Shown one piece after another: positions 21,579 to 33,869 of a stretch of DNA of 33,869 nucleotides. Each line of letters begins with the position of its first letter. Positions within the stretch are counted from its first letter, which is position 1. Made by a program: the position numbers and the translations under genes. Under the pieces are notes generated by a model that saw only the letters and a list, made by a program, of their open reading frames with translations, searched no databases and was not told where the DNA came from. The stretch covers positions 1-33,869 of the forward strand of contig RBNJ01000294.1 of assembly GCA_003990765.1 (NCBI GenBank). The letters are read 5' to 3'. The stretch is from Jimgerdemannia flammicorona (taxonomy: Eukaryota).

Positions 21579-24500
21579 ACTTGGTACCCATTGGCTGGTG
21601 ATTTAAGATGAATCTCTCACTTTTAAGCTGAATAATAAATAACTACCACCTGAACAACCATACAAATTGAACTAAGATATCCAGACAAAATAGATATAAG
21701 ACCACCAGTATTTCATAGTTACATATACTTCAGACAAGTCAATCATTACCTTTATTGATAATTTCAACCAATATACTACTATAAGGGGCCTGACAGTAAG
21801 GCAGCAAGTAACCCTCATGCCCTTCAGTCTCTGAGGACCAGCAAGAGCAGCATCACAGCTACAACCCATATAGAAAATGATGATAATGCTATGCTAGCAG
21901 TATAGAAGACCTGGCTCCAAGCCACATACTATATAAATGAGATCAAGCAGGCACTGAAGAATTAGCTCAATATAATATACCAAGAAATGAGTGAGGATCC
22001 AAATATATTTTATACCAGAATCTGATATCAGATAATCCTTACAGATTATACTATCACTATTAGAGATTAAGTAGCTGAAGCAATCTTTATACTCAGAGAT
22101 AGCCCTGGCTATCTACTCATCATCAATAGTTCTGGATCTAATACAGAAGGTCACTTATATTCAACAATACTGAATAGCCAGATATCTACAAGACTATACA
22201 ATGAAGAGAATCACTGGAGTTGGAATCAAAGCACTCAAGGCAACCAGCATGATCCCTACTATAGTGATTAATCAAAACACACCTCAACCAAGAGCTACTA
22301 AACAATAGAGAAATAGTGATTATATAGAGGAACTTGCCAAGAAGTTCACCAAAATGACAGCCTACCTAGGAGATGTAATAAAGGAAATTAAAGGAAGAGA
22401 CTGCCACCTAGTTTAGAAATTCACCATCACCTCAGACAACTTACTATATCTGTGGAGAAGAAGACCACTACTCTTATGAATGTATGAGTGAAACTAAGTA
22501 CAAAGCCCAACTAAGCAATACTACTTGAAATCAGAATTAGGTCAACATTATCACCTTTGAGGAGATTGAGAAATCAGATAAAGAGAAATAAGAGACCTAT
22601 CCTGCACAGACCTCTAAGAAGGATGTCTACAAAGAACTCTACAAGAGATCACCAGGGAGATCTAAGAAGAACTCTATGGAAAAGCAGATAGAGACTTCTA
22701 TAGAAAGTCAAGATAAATAAATAGATCAAGATATGGAGCTAGAATAGGCTGTTTAAGATATCATCCAAGAAACTACTCCAGCTAGTGAAGGAGAAAAGAA
22801 GAAGAAGCTTCACCAAACCAAGACCTTCAAGTATGATATCTTCAAGGATCTCAGTCAACAAAAGGTCAATACAACCTTCAGTCAGCTGGCAGAAATATCT
22901 ACATTGAGACAGTAAATGAGATATGAACTTGTTGAGACAACTAAGAAGTAAGGATGGAAGATAACTGAGGCCAACAATGTTCAAGAGAACTCAGGAAAAG
23001 AAAGTGAAGACAACTGTAAGATCTTTGTCTATACAACCTATCAAATTGAGAATAGAGTCTTTGAGACTATCATTGATACCAGAGCAGGAGGATGTCTTCT
23101 CAGCAAAAAAAGCAGCAGACTGCCTAGGTTGGGAAGTTGAGAAAGTAACCAAATTGGTATTCATCACAGCAGATGGTATAAGAGCCACACCTCTGGGAAA
23201 GATCTAAGATGTTTCCATCAAGTTTGGAGAAGCAACCATTCTAGTGGATGTAATTATACTAATGCAACCAACTATGACATCCTTATCAACAATCAATGAC
23301 TTTACAAAGCCAAGGTAGTAATTAATCTGAATACTCAGAAGATGCAGATCATCCACTACAAACAAAAGATTCCAATTCCCATCAATGTTAACAAAGGAGT
23401 CCTGTCTGAGATAGAGGAAGAAGAGAGTAGACAAGAGGAGGCCTACATAGTGACAACTCAGAAAAAGAAGAAGAAAATCAGATGGATGAGTGAAGAAGAC
23501 TGATGTAAGAAGATTATAAAAGGATATGCACTATAAGGAGTCTACCCCCATGGGATCTGAATGTACTGTATAGAGCTTATCAATGAGTGTTACCAGTATA
23601 CTGGTAAAATCAAGGAGATCTACTACCAAAGAAGAGAGAAAGTCCATAAGAAACAAGTAAGAGAAGAAAAGAAAATAAAAGAAGAAGAGAATGATGAACC
23701 ACTAGCTCTTCTCAAAGACAGTGATGATGAAGAGAAAATCAAGATCAAGATTAAGAAGATTCATCCTGATATAGTCTAATCAGAATATAAGTCAGAAAAT
23801 GCAACTGAAATAAATATTACCACAGTAGAAGAAATGGTACTTAAACCCCAGACAACTACCCTACTTATAACTGGTCTGAAGATGACCATTCTAAAGGACC
23901 ATATCAGAATCCTCAAGACAAGAAGCAGTCTGGCTAGGAGTTAAATCACAATTGAAGGAGGAGTTATCAATTTAGACTATATTTGAGAAATACTACATAT
24001 TACTAAGAACTACAATCCTATGATTCTATTCCCAATCAAGAAGAAGAACTGACTGGTATAGATATTGATCTTTCCAGTTCTTCAGCCAAGAATTATAGAA
24101 GTCAAGAAGTTGGAGGAAATAGAAAGAGAAAGGAAAGAATTTGGATCTATAGGAAGAGGAGTGTTCACTAGTATCAAGATCACCAAGCTAGAGTACAAGA
24201 AGGAGGAAACTACAAACAAGCACAGCTATACTATTGGAAATGAATTTCCACTCAAAATGGAGCTCAAGAAAATACTCCACAAATTTGAGAATATTCTTAC
24301 CATAGACTTCAAGAATATCAAAGAAAAGACTCTATACTACTATCAAGATATAGATATTTGAGATACCAAACCAATTTACCAGAAGGCAAGACCTATCCCA
24401 CCAGGCTACCAAAAGTGGCTTAGAGAAGAAATCAAGCAGATGGAAGAAGCTAGTATCATCAAGGAGGCCAGCAGTCCCTGGTATTCACCAGTTATACTAG

Positions 24501-25007
24501 CTTCAAAGAAAGTAAGCAAGTCTGGAGAATTCACTCCAAGACTCTGTGTTAATTATAAAAAGCTCAATGTAGTCACCAAGAAGGATCACCAACTACTGCC
24601 CCTTATTAATGATATCCTTATAACTCTGGAAGACAAAGCATAGTATTACAGTACCTTGGATCTATACTCAGAATTCTACCAAATCAGACTCACAGAAACA
24701 GCAAGTGAGAAATCAGCCTTCATCACCCCTGATGAAATCTATATCTACCTGCAAATGCTATTTGGAATGTGTAATACCCCTGTAAACTTCTAGCAAATGA
24801 TGAATAAAATCTTCTGCAATGATATGAAAAGATAGATTATAGTTTATATAGATGATATTATTATATACAGCAAGACAGCTGAAGAATATCTGCAGTATAT
24901 CCAGCAGATGATAGAGAAGCTGAGACAGCATAGGCTTTACATTAAGCCCAAGAAGTACAAGTTTAATTGAGATCATCTATCTTGACTACATCATCAATCA
25001 AGATAGA

Positions 25008-25471
25008 GGTAATGGTTCTAGTTTCTTTAAGAGGAAGTGGCTTAATCTGGAAGCTCTAGCTGGTCTAAAGTAGCTTGAAGAGATACTTAAAGATTCAAGT
25101 GTTCTTGAAGGATTTCTGGGAGAAAATATTCTGAGCTTTATTTAGGCAGAAAATAAGGATATTTATATATAATCTAAAAGAAAGATTCAGAAGGATCTTG
25201 GAAAGAAAGAAAAATGCCAAGAAATAAGTTCTCAGCAAAGCTGACTAATACTATTCTACAATGTTCCAAAAGGTTCTATAACTAGCTAAGACAAGATACT
25301 TAGTATCAAGAAAAGATAAGAATGTTCTAGTGATGTCTGGGTGCTAATAAAAGGTTTCTAAGCAAGTAGAAGGTAGTAGAACATTGTAGAATATTTAAGA
25401 AATAATAAGAAAAGACTAACTAAAAGATGTGAAAATATACTAAAACTAAATATGACTGTGAAATTATTATA
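25008..25471 (-). repeat. 3' LTR of element C
   Basis: Direct repeat of 30517-30978; preceded on the minus strand by PPT aaagagagaga. Confidence 0.92.
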
Positions 25472-25809
25472 TATCTCTCTCTTTAAAAACTAATATTCTT
25501 ATTGAGTTCTTAGGTAATATAAGACTAGATATATTTAACCAAAATTTCTCAAACTTATATTGGTACATTGATAGGGATTGGCCATCCTCATATAGGGCAG
25601 AGGACCTATTACCAGACTAACTAACTAGGAGAGATTTGAACCCAGCTGATAGCTTCATTTCAGTGGACTTCTTATTCATTAAATATTCTGCTGGTTCCAG
25701 GGTCCCCAAGTAAACTTCTAATGCATAAGACACTGGTCATTGCCATAGGTTATTGACAATCCAAGGAAGTCACTACAGGGATTGGACAATATATTTTGCT
25801 TCAAAGATT

Positions 25810-28800
25810 TAAACTAGATCTTGAGAGTTCTTAAGATTGACCAGTAGTTCCCAGATAGCATTATATTCAGGATAGCCCATCCCTTGACTAGATATTCAGG
25901 ATGGTGGTAGTAGATTTGTTTTTCAAGAATTTTCTCAGCTTTATACTTAATATGATCTTCAATAATCATAGAGATAGATGGCTTAGAAATATGACCAGGG
26001 TAGAGCAGTAACTGGTTCCAGGTATTGAGGTGTGACACATGAAAGACTAGGTATACTCTCATGGTTTCAGGTAGCTTGAGATGATAGGAGGATGCAGAGA
26101 CTTGTTCAGTAATCTCAAAAGATCTAATATACTTAGATTGAAACTTGTTTGAAGGACAGTTGACTTGAGATTATATCTTGAGATTCTTAGTAGATAGTAG
26201 GACTTGATCTCCAACAGTGTAAGTAATATTATAGTATTTCTTATCAGTATACTTAGCTTGATGCTGTTGAGCCTTCTGAAGATTCATAGTGGTAATCTTG
26301 AGTAGTTCATCCATTTTGTCTATAAGGCTCTTGATAGTAGGGACTTATATTTGACTGCTTTTCTTAAAAGAGAAGAGAATTGCAGGGGTTTTGGGATCTT
26401 GACCATAGAGTAACCAGAAAGGAGAAAGACCAGTAGATGATTGGACAGTATTATTATATGTATATGAACTCTATATAAGTCAGATAGTGGTCTCAATCAT
26501 CTTACTCATAAAAAACATAGTTTCTAAGCATTTGTTCTAGAGTTCTATTCATGTGCTCAGTTTGTCAATTAGTTTGTAGGTAAAAGGGTGTAGACTTAGC
26601 CAATTGGATTCCCAAGGTCTTGAAGAGAGTTTGCCAGAAATAGCTGGTGAACTTGGAGTTATAATTACTGACAATTACTCATAGCAGGCCATAGTGACAG
26701 AAGATGAACTTGAAGAAGATTCTTACAATCTCAGGTATAGTAGCATTAGTGGAAATTGGTAGTAGTTATAGAAAACTGGCTGTCACTTGGTTGGTAGACT
26801 TATTGCACTGGTTTAGATCACAGCTGACAATATAGTTCTTGATTTCCTTGACCATACTTAGCCAATAGTAGTAGTATTGAATGTTCTTGACAATCTTCTT
26901 GATTCCCAGATAACTAGTAAGAGGGGAGTCATGGTATTCTTACAAAACCTTATAGCATAGGTTCAAGTTTCCAGATAGGTAGACTTGGTCTTAATGATAG
27001 ATCAGGTTGTTCTCAATAATATATGTATCCTTGAGCTTATTTGAGAAAACTCTAGTAGTGACTGTATCTTTTTTGTAAACTTGCCTAATTTGGTCTAGGA
27101 ATTCTAATACCAAGATAACTTGCATTATTGTGATCAGGGTATCTTGATAAGGCATCTGATACTATAAGTGTCTTGCCAGGCTTGTAAATGATCATCAGGT
27201 TGAAGGTTTGAAGTTTGAGGCTCCACTTGGCTTATAGACATGACAGAGTAGATTGGGTATTGATGTACTTGAGAGATTGATGGTCAGTAATGACATCAAA
27301 CTCAATATCTTCTAGATAACATTATTAGTAGTCTAGTGTATATATTATTGTCAGTAGTTCCTTCTCATAGGTGGCTAGTTAGCTGGGGCCAACTTGTGGG
27401 ACTCAAAAGTAATGAGATAGTGTCCTTTGCCATCATCTTATGACAGGACTACTCTAATGGCAAAATTCAATACATTAGTAGTGACTATGAATTTTAGGCC
27501 TTGATCTGCATTATGTAGAACTGGAGTATGGGTCAGGTGGTTCTTGAGTTCTTGAAAAGCTTGTTGACAGAAGAGGTCCCAGGTATAGGGTATATAGTGG
27601 TCCAAGTGCTGGGCCTTTCTCATGAGGTTAGTCAGTGGCTTGGCAATGCCAGAGAAGTTTCTGACAAAGCATCAGTAGTAGCCAGCTAAATCAAGGAAGG
27701 ATCGGAGTTCTGTGAGATTTAACAGAATGGGTCATTCTTCAATTACTTCTATCTTGTATAGGTCTACTTAAATTCCTTGTGCAGAGACAATGTGGCCAAG
27801 ATATTTGACTTATTTCTTAAAGAATTTGCACTTCTTAAGCTTAGCATAAAGCTTGTGTTTTTGCAGGAACTCTAGGACTATTCAAATATGTTTGAGGTAT
27901 TCTTCTTTAGTTGTACTAAAGATCAGAATGTCATCAAGATATACCAAAAGGAAAATAAATAGTTAGTCCTTGAATATCTTATTTATTAAAGTCTAGAATG
28001 TAGTGGGTACATTGGTGAGACCAAATGATATAACCAACAATTCATAGAGTCCAAAGGAGGTCATGAATACAGTCTTAGAAATATCTTCTAACTTGATTTG
28101 AATCTGGTGATATCCTGACATAAGATCAAACTTGGTGAAGTATGTACTTGGCATTCTTGAGGGTATCAAAGATTTGATCAATCAAGGGTAGCAGATAGTA
28201 GTTCTTAATAGTAAGCTTGTTAAGTATATGATAGTCTATACAAATTCACAGAGTACTATCCTTCTACTTGACAAATAAGACTGATGAGCCATAAGGAGAT
28301 TTACTTGGCTGGATGGCTTCTTATACAAGTAGTTCTTCTAGTTTCTTAACTACTTCAATTTTGAGTAGTGATATGTGGTATATATGTCTCTTAGGTAATA
28401 TAGCTCCTGGGGTCAGTTTGATTTCATAATCAACTTCTCATGTAGGTGGTAGATCAGGTAGCTTGTCTGGAAAGACATTCTTGAATTCTTCTAGCAATAG
28501 CTTAATACTTTCATTCACTAATAGTCTCTTGTCTTATTTCTTGGGATGGACCATTATAATAAAGGTATATATTGTCTTCTTGAGTACTCTCTTATACTGT
28601 ATAGCTGACAGTGTTACAATCTGGGTCTTCCTCATGGTCTTGTCTGTCTTGATAGTGATGTTGGCTCCATGTTGAAGTAAGGTAACTTCATTCTTATATC
28701 AATTGATATCTGGGATATATTTTATATGCCAGAGTTTTCCTAGGATCAGATTATGATCTCTTAGTAATGTAATCTCAAAGTCTACTCATTCCCAATATTT

Positions 28801-30490
28801 CCAGATCTTAAATGGTAGTTTGGCAGCAATTAACTTAATGGAGTATAGAGTACTGTCTACAGTGACCTTACTATTGTTCTTGGGTACAGGCTTGGTAAGA
28901 ATCTTGAGGTTTTTGATGAGGTTCTATTTGATGAAGTTCTCTGTAGCTCTACTGTCTATGAGTACTTGAACTTCCTTTCCTTTAACTAGGCCTTTGAAAA
29001 TGAGCATAGCTTAAGCATGATTTTCAGTAAGACTTACTGCTTGATCAGTATTACCAAAATCTTTTTGGTCTCATTTAGTTTCAGGGAGTTCTTGAACTTC
29101 TGTAATCTTGAGTTGACTGGCTTTACTAGGATCATTTGTACAACTCAGTCTCCTTTCATGACTGTGTAGTCTTGATCCTTCTGGTTGATAAGCAGAACTT
29201 GAACTTGTCCTCAAAAGTCTGGGTCAATGACACCAGTACCTACATCTAAATAATGTTTGACACTAAGTCATGATCATAGTACAATTCTGGCATAATGTCC
29301 TTCAGGACATTGAACTGCAATTCCTGTAGGCACTAGAGTTTGGCTCTTGACTGGAATGGTGACTTATTTGACAGAGTATAGGTCAAGACCAATAGCTTCT
29401 TCTGTTTGATATTGAGGGACCTGGGCCTTTGAGTGAAGCTTCTTAATCTTGAGCTCAGATTGATAGTGAGATTGATGGGTGTATCTTTGGACAATATGGT
29501 GACTGGTCTTGAGGGTTTTCTAGTCTTCTTAGGATATTTGGTTGCAATATATCCTGTTTGGTAATATAAGAAATATGCTCTAGATTTCTTTAGATAGTCC
29601 TTTTATTTAAGAGTAAGCTTGGTGTTCTTTTGTTCATAGTGTCCAAATCCATTAATGCTGGGCTAAATATTCTTGATTAGTTTCTGTGGTATTTCTCAAA
29701 ATAGTTCTTCTTATAGTGTTCTGGTTCAAAGCAATTACCAAAGGTAATGACATCAAACCTATTGGCAATTCTCATAGCTTTATTAAGGTTTTTAGGCTCT
29801 TCCAGCTCAACCTTGACTTGTGTATTTCTCTTCAGACCTCAGAAATAGTGGTCTATCTTTTTGTCCTCAGATATTACTGATAGCTTGAGTAGGATTAACA
29901 AGAATTCTACATTATAGCTTTATATAGACTTGAGTTGCTTAATGTTCACTAGCTTGTCTCTGACTAGCTTAGTAGTATTAGAAGACTTGAACTGCCTGAG
30001 AAGGGCTCTCTTGAAAGCTTTCCAGTCTCTGATTCATATATAAAAATATATAGATATAGTTATAATATGATTATATCACCAGATGGCTATATTTCCTCAG
30101 AGAAGTATGGCAGAAAATTGGACTTATATCTATTCCTCTATTCTTGTAAACTCAAAGTATTGGTCTAACTAAAAGGTCCATGAATCTGTAGATAGTCCTT
30201 CTTGATAACTGTTGAAGATATCTGTCTTGATTGTCTTGAAACTAACTGATACTATAGTAGGATGTAATGTACTTGCAGTTCTTGTTTTCTGCTATCCTAG
30301 TTGTACTTAAAGTTCTTGGATTTGATGGACTATAGCATTGATTATTTTCTCTATACTAACTTGTAGTCCTCCTGCTTCTTCTGTAGCAGAGGGGTCTGGC
30401 TGGTAGATTGACTCTTCATAGCTCTTTTTAGGTTTGTATGACTAGTTGTAACTGGTTTCTGAATTTGTATGAGATTTCTTAATAAGGTAA
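25810..30490 (-). pseudogene. gag-pol remnant of element C (ends approximate)
   Basis: Mutated zinc knuckle GAYFLYYQTGYIATKYP ~29530-29580; FDLMSGYHQI and FGLTNVP in ORF 27993-28181; VFHVSHL and KAEKILEK..EYLVK in ORF 25814-26062. Confidence 0.88.
29044..29453 (-). pseudogene. dUTPase domain of element C, between gag zinc knuckle and protease
   Basis: Manual translation: LKIKKLHSKAQVPQYQTEEAIGLDL...TGIAVQCPEGHYARIVL*S*LSVKHYLDVGTGVIDPDF*GQVQVLLIN...KGD*VVQMIL...ETK*DQKDFGNTD. All five motifs recognisable; missed by the ORF track. Confidence 0.9.
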
Positions 30491-30500
30491 GATATAATGG

Positions 30501-30514
30501 CACTACTGCTACCA
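30501..30514 (-). other. PBS of element C, tRNA-iMet-like
   Basis: Minus strand TGGTAGCAGTAGTG 2 nt after the 5' LTR; TGGTAGC matches the 3' end of eukaryotic initiator tRNA-Met. Confidence 0.7.
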
Positions 30515-30516
30515 AG

Positions 30517-30978
30517 TGTAATAGTTCTAATTTCTTTAAGAGAAGTAGCTTAATCTGGAAGTTCTAGTTGGTCTAAAGTAGCTTAAAGAGATACTTAAAG
30601 GTTCAAGTATTCTTGAAGGATTTCTGGGAGAAAATATTCCAAGCTTTATTCAGGTAAAGAATAAGGATATTTATATATAATCTGAAAGAAATATCTGAAA
30701 GGATCTTGAAAAGAAAGAGAAATGCCAAGAAATAGATTCTTAGCAAAGCTGAATAATACTGTTCTACAATGTTCCAAAAGGTTCTATGACTAGTTAAGAT
30801 AAGATGCTTAGTACTAAGAAAAGACAAGAATGTTCTAGTTGTGTATAGGTGCCAAGAGAAGGTTTCTAATCAAGTAGAATATAGTGGAACATAGTAGAAT
30901 ATTCAAGAAATAACAAGAAAAGACTAACTAAAAGACATGAAAATATATTAAGACTAATATGACTGTGAAATTATTATA
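30517..30978 (-). repeat. 5' LTR of element C
   Basis: Direct repeat of 25008-25471, adjacent to the PBS. Confidence 0.92.
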
Positions 30979-32146
30979 ATGTAACACACACAGACTCTCT
31001 CAAGATTCAAGCAATAGCAGTATATCTAAGGCCCACTATGGTTACTGAAGCCTAAGCCTTTATGAGACTTGCCTTATACTACTGTCAATTTATCAGAGGA
31101 TTCTCTAACATTGCAGACCCAATATATGAACTCAATAAGAAGGATACCAAGGTCCAATAGACTGACAGGCAACAAAAAGCATTCAATGAGCTTAAGGTCA
31201 GATTGACCCAGATGCCCATCTATAGAAGATCTGAATGAACTTAAGAATTTATACTGCAGACAGATGCAAGTACCCAAGGACTAGGAGTAGTCTTAGCTCA
31301 AAAGAAAGACAAAGTAGAGTATGTCATTGTATACTTAAGCCAAGAAATCTGAGAAGCTGGAAAAGAATATGAATCCTACAAGTTAGAATATCTCACAGTT
31401 ATCTGGTCTGTAGAAAAGTTCTACTACTATCTTACTGAAAGACACTTCACTATTCAGACAGACAACTCAGCCCTTATTTGGCTACTAACTACTTAGCAAC
31501 TCAAAGGTTATACCAGATGGATCATGATATTGCAAGCATATAATGTAACTATTATGTACCACTCAGAAAGAACTAATACCAATGTAGATGCTCTCTTACA
31601 GATACTCTGAAGGACTCCCAACCAGCAAATCAATCATGAATAAAGAGCTCTACTATAGAATAATCACCTATCTGAGACAGCAAAAGATGCCCCAATATCT
31701 GGAAGAATGGACTCAAATGATTATCAATAGAACATAGAAACAATTCAAAATCAATAAAGAAATATTAAAGAAAGGAAAGCTGCTAGTTAAAGAAGGAGCA
31801 AGTAATAAAATCAATATATAAACTTGGTCATCTAGGAGGAATAAACACATATAATAAAGCAAGAAGAACAATATAGTAGCCAGGAATGGAGAAAGATATC
31901 AGATAATTTGTCAAGACCTGTGACAATTATCAGAAACAGAAATAGGATTAATAAAATAAAACCCCAGGATCAGCACATATAGAACCAGTATCATTTGCCC
32001 ACATTGCAATAAATGTGATTGGCCTTCTATCATTGACTTTGACTGGAAACTGATATATCATTGTCATCATAGACCTTTTCACGAAATAGATAGAGGCAGG
32101 ACTCATTAAGGAAGTCAATGCACAGTCAATTGTTGATTTCTTTCAC

Positions 32147-32393
32147 TTTTTTTTTTTTTATAGTCACTTGGACTCTTTTCTTTATTAATATACTTAATAT
32201 ACCCATCTATTCTATACTTAAAACACTGTGCCCACCTCTAACCAATCCCCCTAGGAACTCCTCCCCTCCCCCCCCCACCCTTCCCCCCCTCTCCCTCCTG
32301 ATGATAGACCTCTTTGCTATTCACCATCTCCACCTGTCCCCCACTCTGTTCATATATCCCTTCCACCAGACAGTGATGTTGCCCACCTGGAGA
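32147..32393 (-). mobile_element. 247-bp poly(A)-tailed retroposon (5'-truncated LINE 3' end or SINE-like) in the D integrase
   Basis: T13 at 32147-32159; 15-bp TSD gttgatttctttcac (32132-32146) / gctgatttctttcac (32394-32408); minus-strand AATAAA ~20 nt before the tail. Removing it restores colinearity with B. Confidence 0.9.
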
Positions 32394-32531
32394 GCTGATT
32401 TCTTTCACAAAGAAATTATTTGCTAGTTCAAGACCCCAATACAAGTAACTACAGATAGAGGAATAGAATTTGTAAACCAGTACATTTGGACCACAGCATA
32501 CTATCCTCAAGGAAACAGACAGACAGAAAGG

Positions 32532-33869
32532 TTTAACATCTTTCACTGGTAACATTCAGTGACATAAGACTCAGACAATATTTTCCAAAACATTTTTGAT
32601 AAAAGGAGACTATCAATATAGGCAGTAATGAGCATACTAGTAAGTATGTCAGTCAGGGGGGCAGCAGTGCCTTTGGCTGACAGCAGGTCAGGAGAAGGCA
32701 AGAAGACAGTTTGGAGATGCCAGAGCCCCCTATGGTGGGCCATGGTGTTGGTGGTGGAGAGAGGGGTGGAATGAGACAACATGGAGGGGAGAGGATGACT
32801 TTTGCTGATAAGGTCAAGATGGAGAGGATGGCATCTGGTCTGGATAGTTGGCTGGGACTGGGGAAGACATTGATGGCTTCAGCTGGGGGATAGAGAGTGG
32901 CCCCCATGGGAGGGTCAGGCAGTAGAGGGGGGGGTGTAGGGGCTGAGAGTGTGACTGCTGATAGTGCTGTGACTGGGGATCTGGAAAAAATCCAGATTTA
33001 CAGTTGTTAGTAGATCAGAGCAGGGGAAGGGCATGAGGCTACTGCTGGAAGATGCATTGGTGGAGGATTTCCAGCTGGGTGATAGGATGGAATATATGTG
33101 GGAACTGGGGGGGGGGACTTATGGCCTAAAGCATAGTAAATGGTATGGATCAGCAAGCAGTGGAACTGGAATGATATTTGGCTTTGGAGCAAGCAGGTGA
33201 TGCAGTGGCTTCCCCCCCAAGTTCTGGATAGTATGGTGGAGGTTCCTGAGGCAGAATGTGATGCTGAACTATCAGTCAGGGCACTTGGTGGTAGATGGTG
33301 CATTTGATTGTGAGGAATGTATGGATATTGGCTAGGAGGGGGGAGTGATACAAATATCTGAACATTGGCTGGGAGAGTGTGAAGTTTTTGGGAGAGTTTT
33401 GGCACCATATTGTAAACCAGCTAGGACTATAGCCCCTAGTAGTGGGGGAAGGGAGAAGGTGGGAGAACCTCTGCCAAAGGTTGTGGGTGGGGTTGGGGAT
33501 AAGTGGTTGATCTTGGGATAGGCTCTGGCAATTTAGATAGGGCTGGCCAGACATTGGCTTCATGTCTTCAAAGGGGGCCAGAGATTTGTGGTTAAGACTA
33601 AGATAGTATATTGAGAATGATTAATAATTGAAATTTTGAATAGTTGGTGGAGAGAGTGGGGACTGGGTGGGGGGGGCTGGTAGAGTCTGGTAAATTGTAT
33701 TAGAAGAAAGAGTGGAGGGAGGGTTCAGGTGGTGGGTGGCTGGATTGTATTCCAGCAGAGAGAGATGAAGAGTGGAGAGTGAGATCCAAGGGGTATTAGT
33801 TGAGGAGTTGTGGGTACAAATATATTTTTAATTTAGATTATGTAGTAATAAAGGGAAGTCTGAGTAACT
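32532..33869 (-). mobile_element. Probable non-LTR (LINE) ORF2 fragment, linker and start of RNase H
   Basis: Abrupt switch to G-rich plus strand where D homology ends; minus-strand LITAYIDSLL (~32610-32635) resembles a mutated RNase H YTDGS start. No RT motif visible in the window. Confidence 0.4.

Larger units (their letters stand above)
25008..30978 (-). mobile_element. Element C: full-length degenerate chromovirus (Ty3/gypsy), gag-dUTPase-PR-RT-RH-IN-chromodomain
   Basis: LTRs 25008-25471 and 30517-30978; 5-bp TSD ataga/atgta (B has atgga at the equivalent position); PBS TGGTAGCAG; PPT 25474-25484; LIDS(G>R)ATENFI; VYLDDILI 27921-27944; chromodomain 25810-25950. Confidence 0.95.
21084..32531 (+). 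mobile_element. Element D: older, more degenerate relative of B, interrupted by C and two non-LTR insertions; 3' end not in the window
   Basis: 5' LTR, PBS, then gag-PR-dUTPase (~23740-24153)-RT colinear with B up to 25007; resumes at 30984 (RT-RH-IN) and stops at ~32531. Confidence 0.92.

Noticed and set aside
32118..32426. Proline-rich 102-aa ORF and overlapping ORFs at 32238-32907
   Set aside because: They cross insertion junctions or low-complexity C/G tracts, with no coding support.
1..33869. Assigning a host species
   Set aside because: Element types and mutation pattern suggest a fungus, but no host gene is present to support a taxonomic call.

Overview
A eukaryotic, probably fungal, transposon graveyard with no recognisable host gene. 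Nearly all coding sequence is degraded by C>T/G>A transitions. An old Ty1/copia element (E, ~7837-21083) carries four insertions: a full-length Ty3/gypsy element (B, 8135-14839, 468-bp LTRs), a 1.5-kb solo LTR (15981-17477), a poly(A)-tailed retroposon (19013-19948) and a second B-like gypsy (D, from 21084). D is interrupted by a minus-strand chromovirus (C, 25008-30978), a short poly(A) retroposon (32147-32393) and a probable LINE fragment (32532-end). A related gypsy (A, 349-7077) lies at the left, cut by a C-family LTR. Three observations stand out. (1) The family-A LTR carries a ~260-codon gene in U3 and also occurs as a gene-bearing solo LTR; family B has a shorter homologue of this gene just outside its LTR. 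(2) The two gypsy lineages carry dissimilar dUTPases at different positions (PR-dUT-RT in A/B/D, gag-dUT-PR in C). (3) A conserved Cys/His module lies between protease and dUTPase in A/B/D. All alignments and translations were done by eye; no database search was run.
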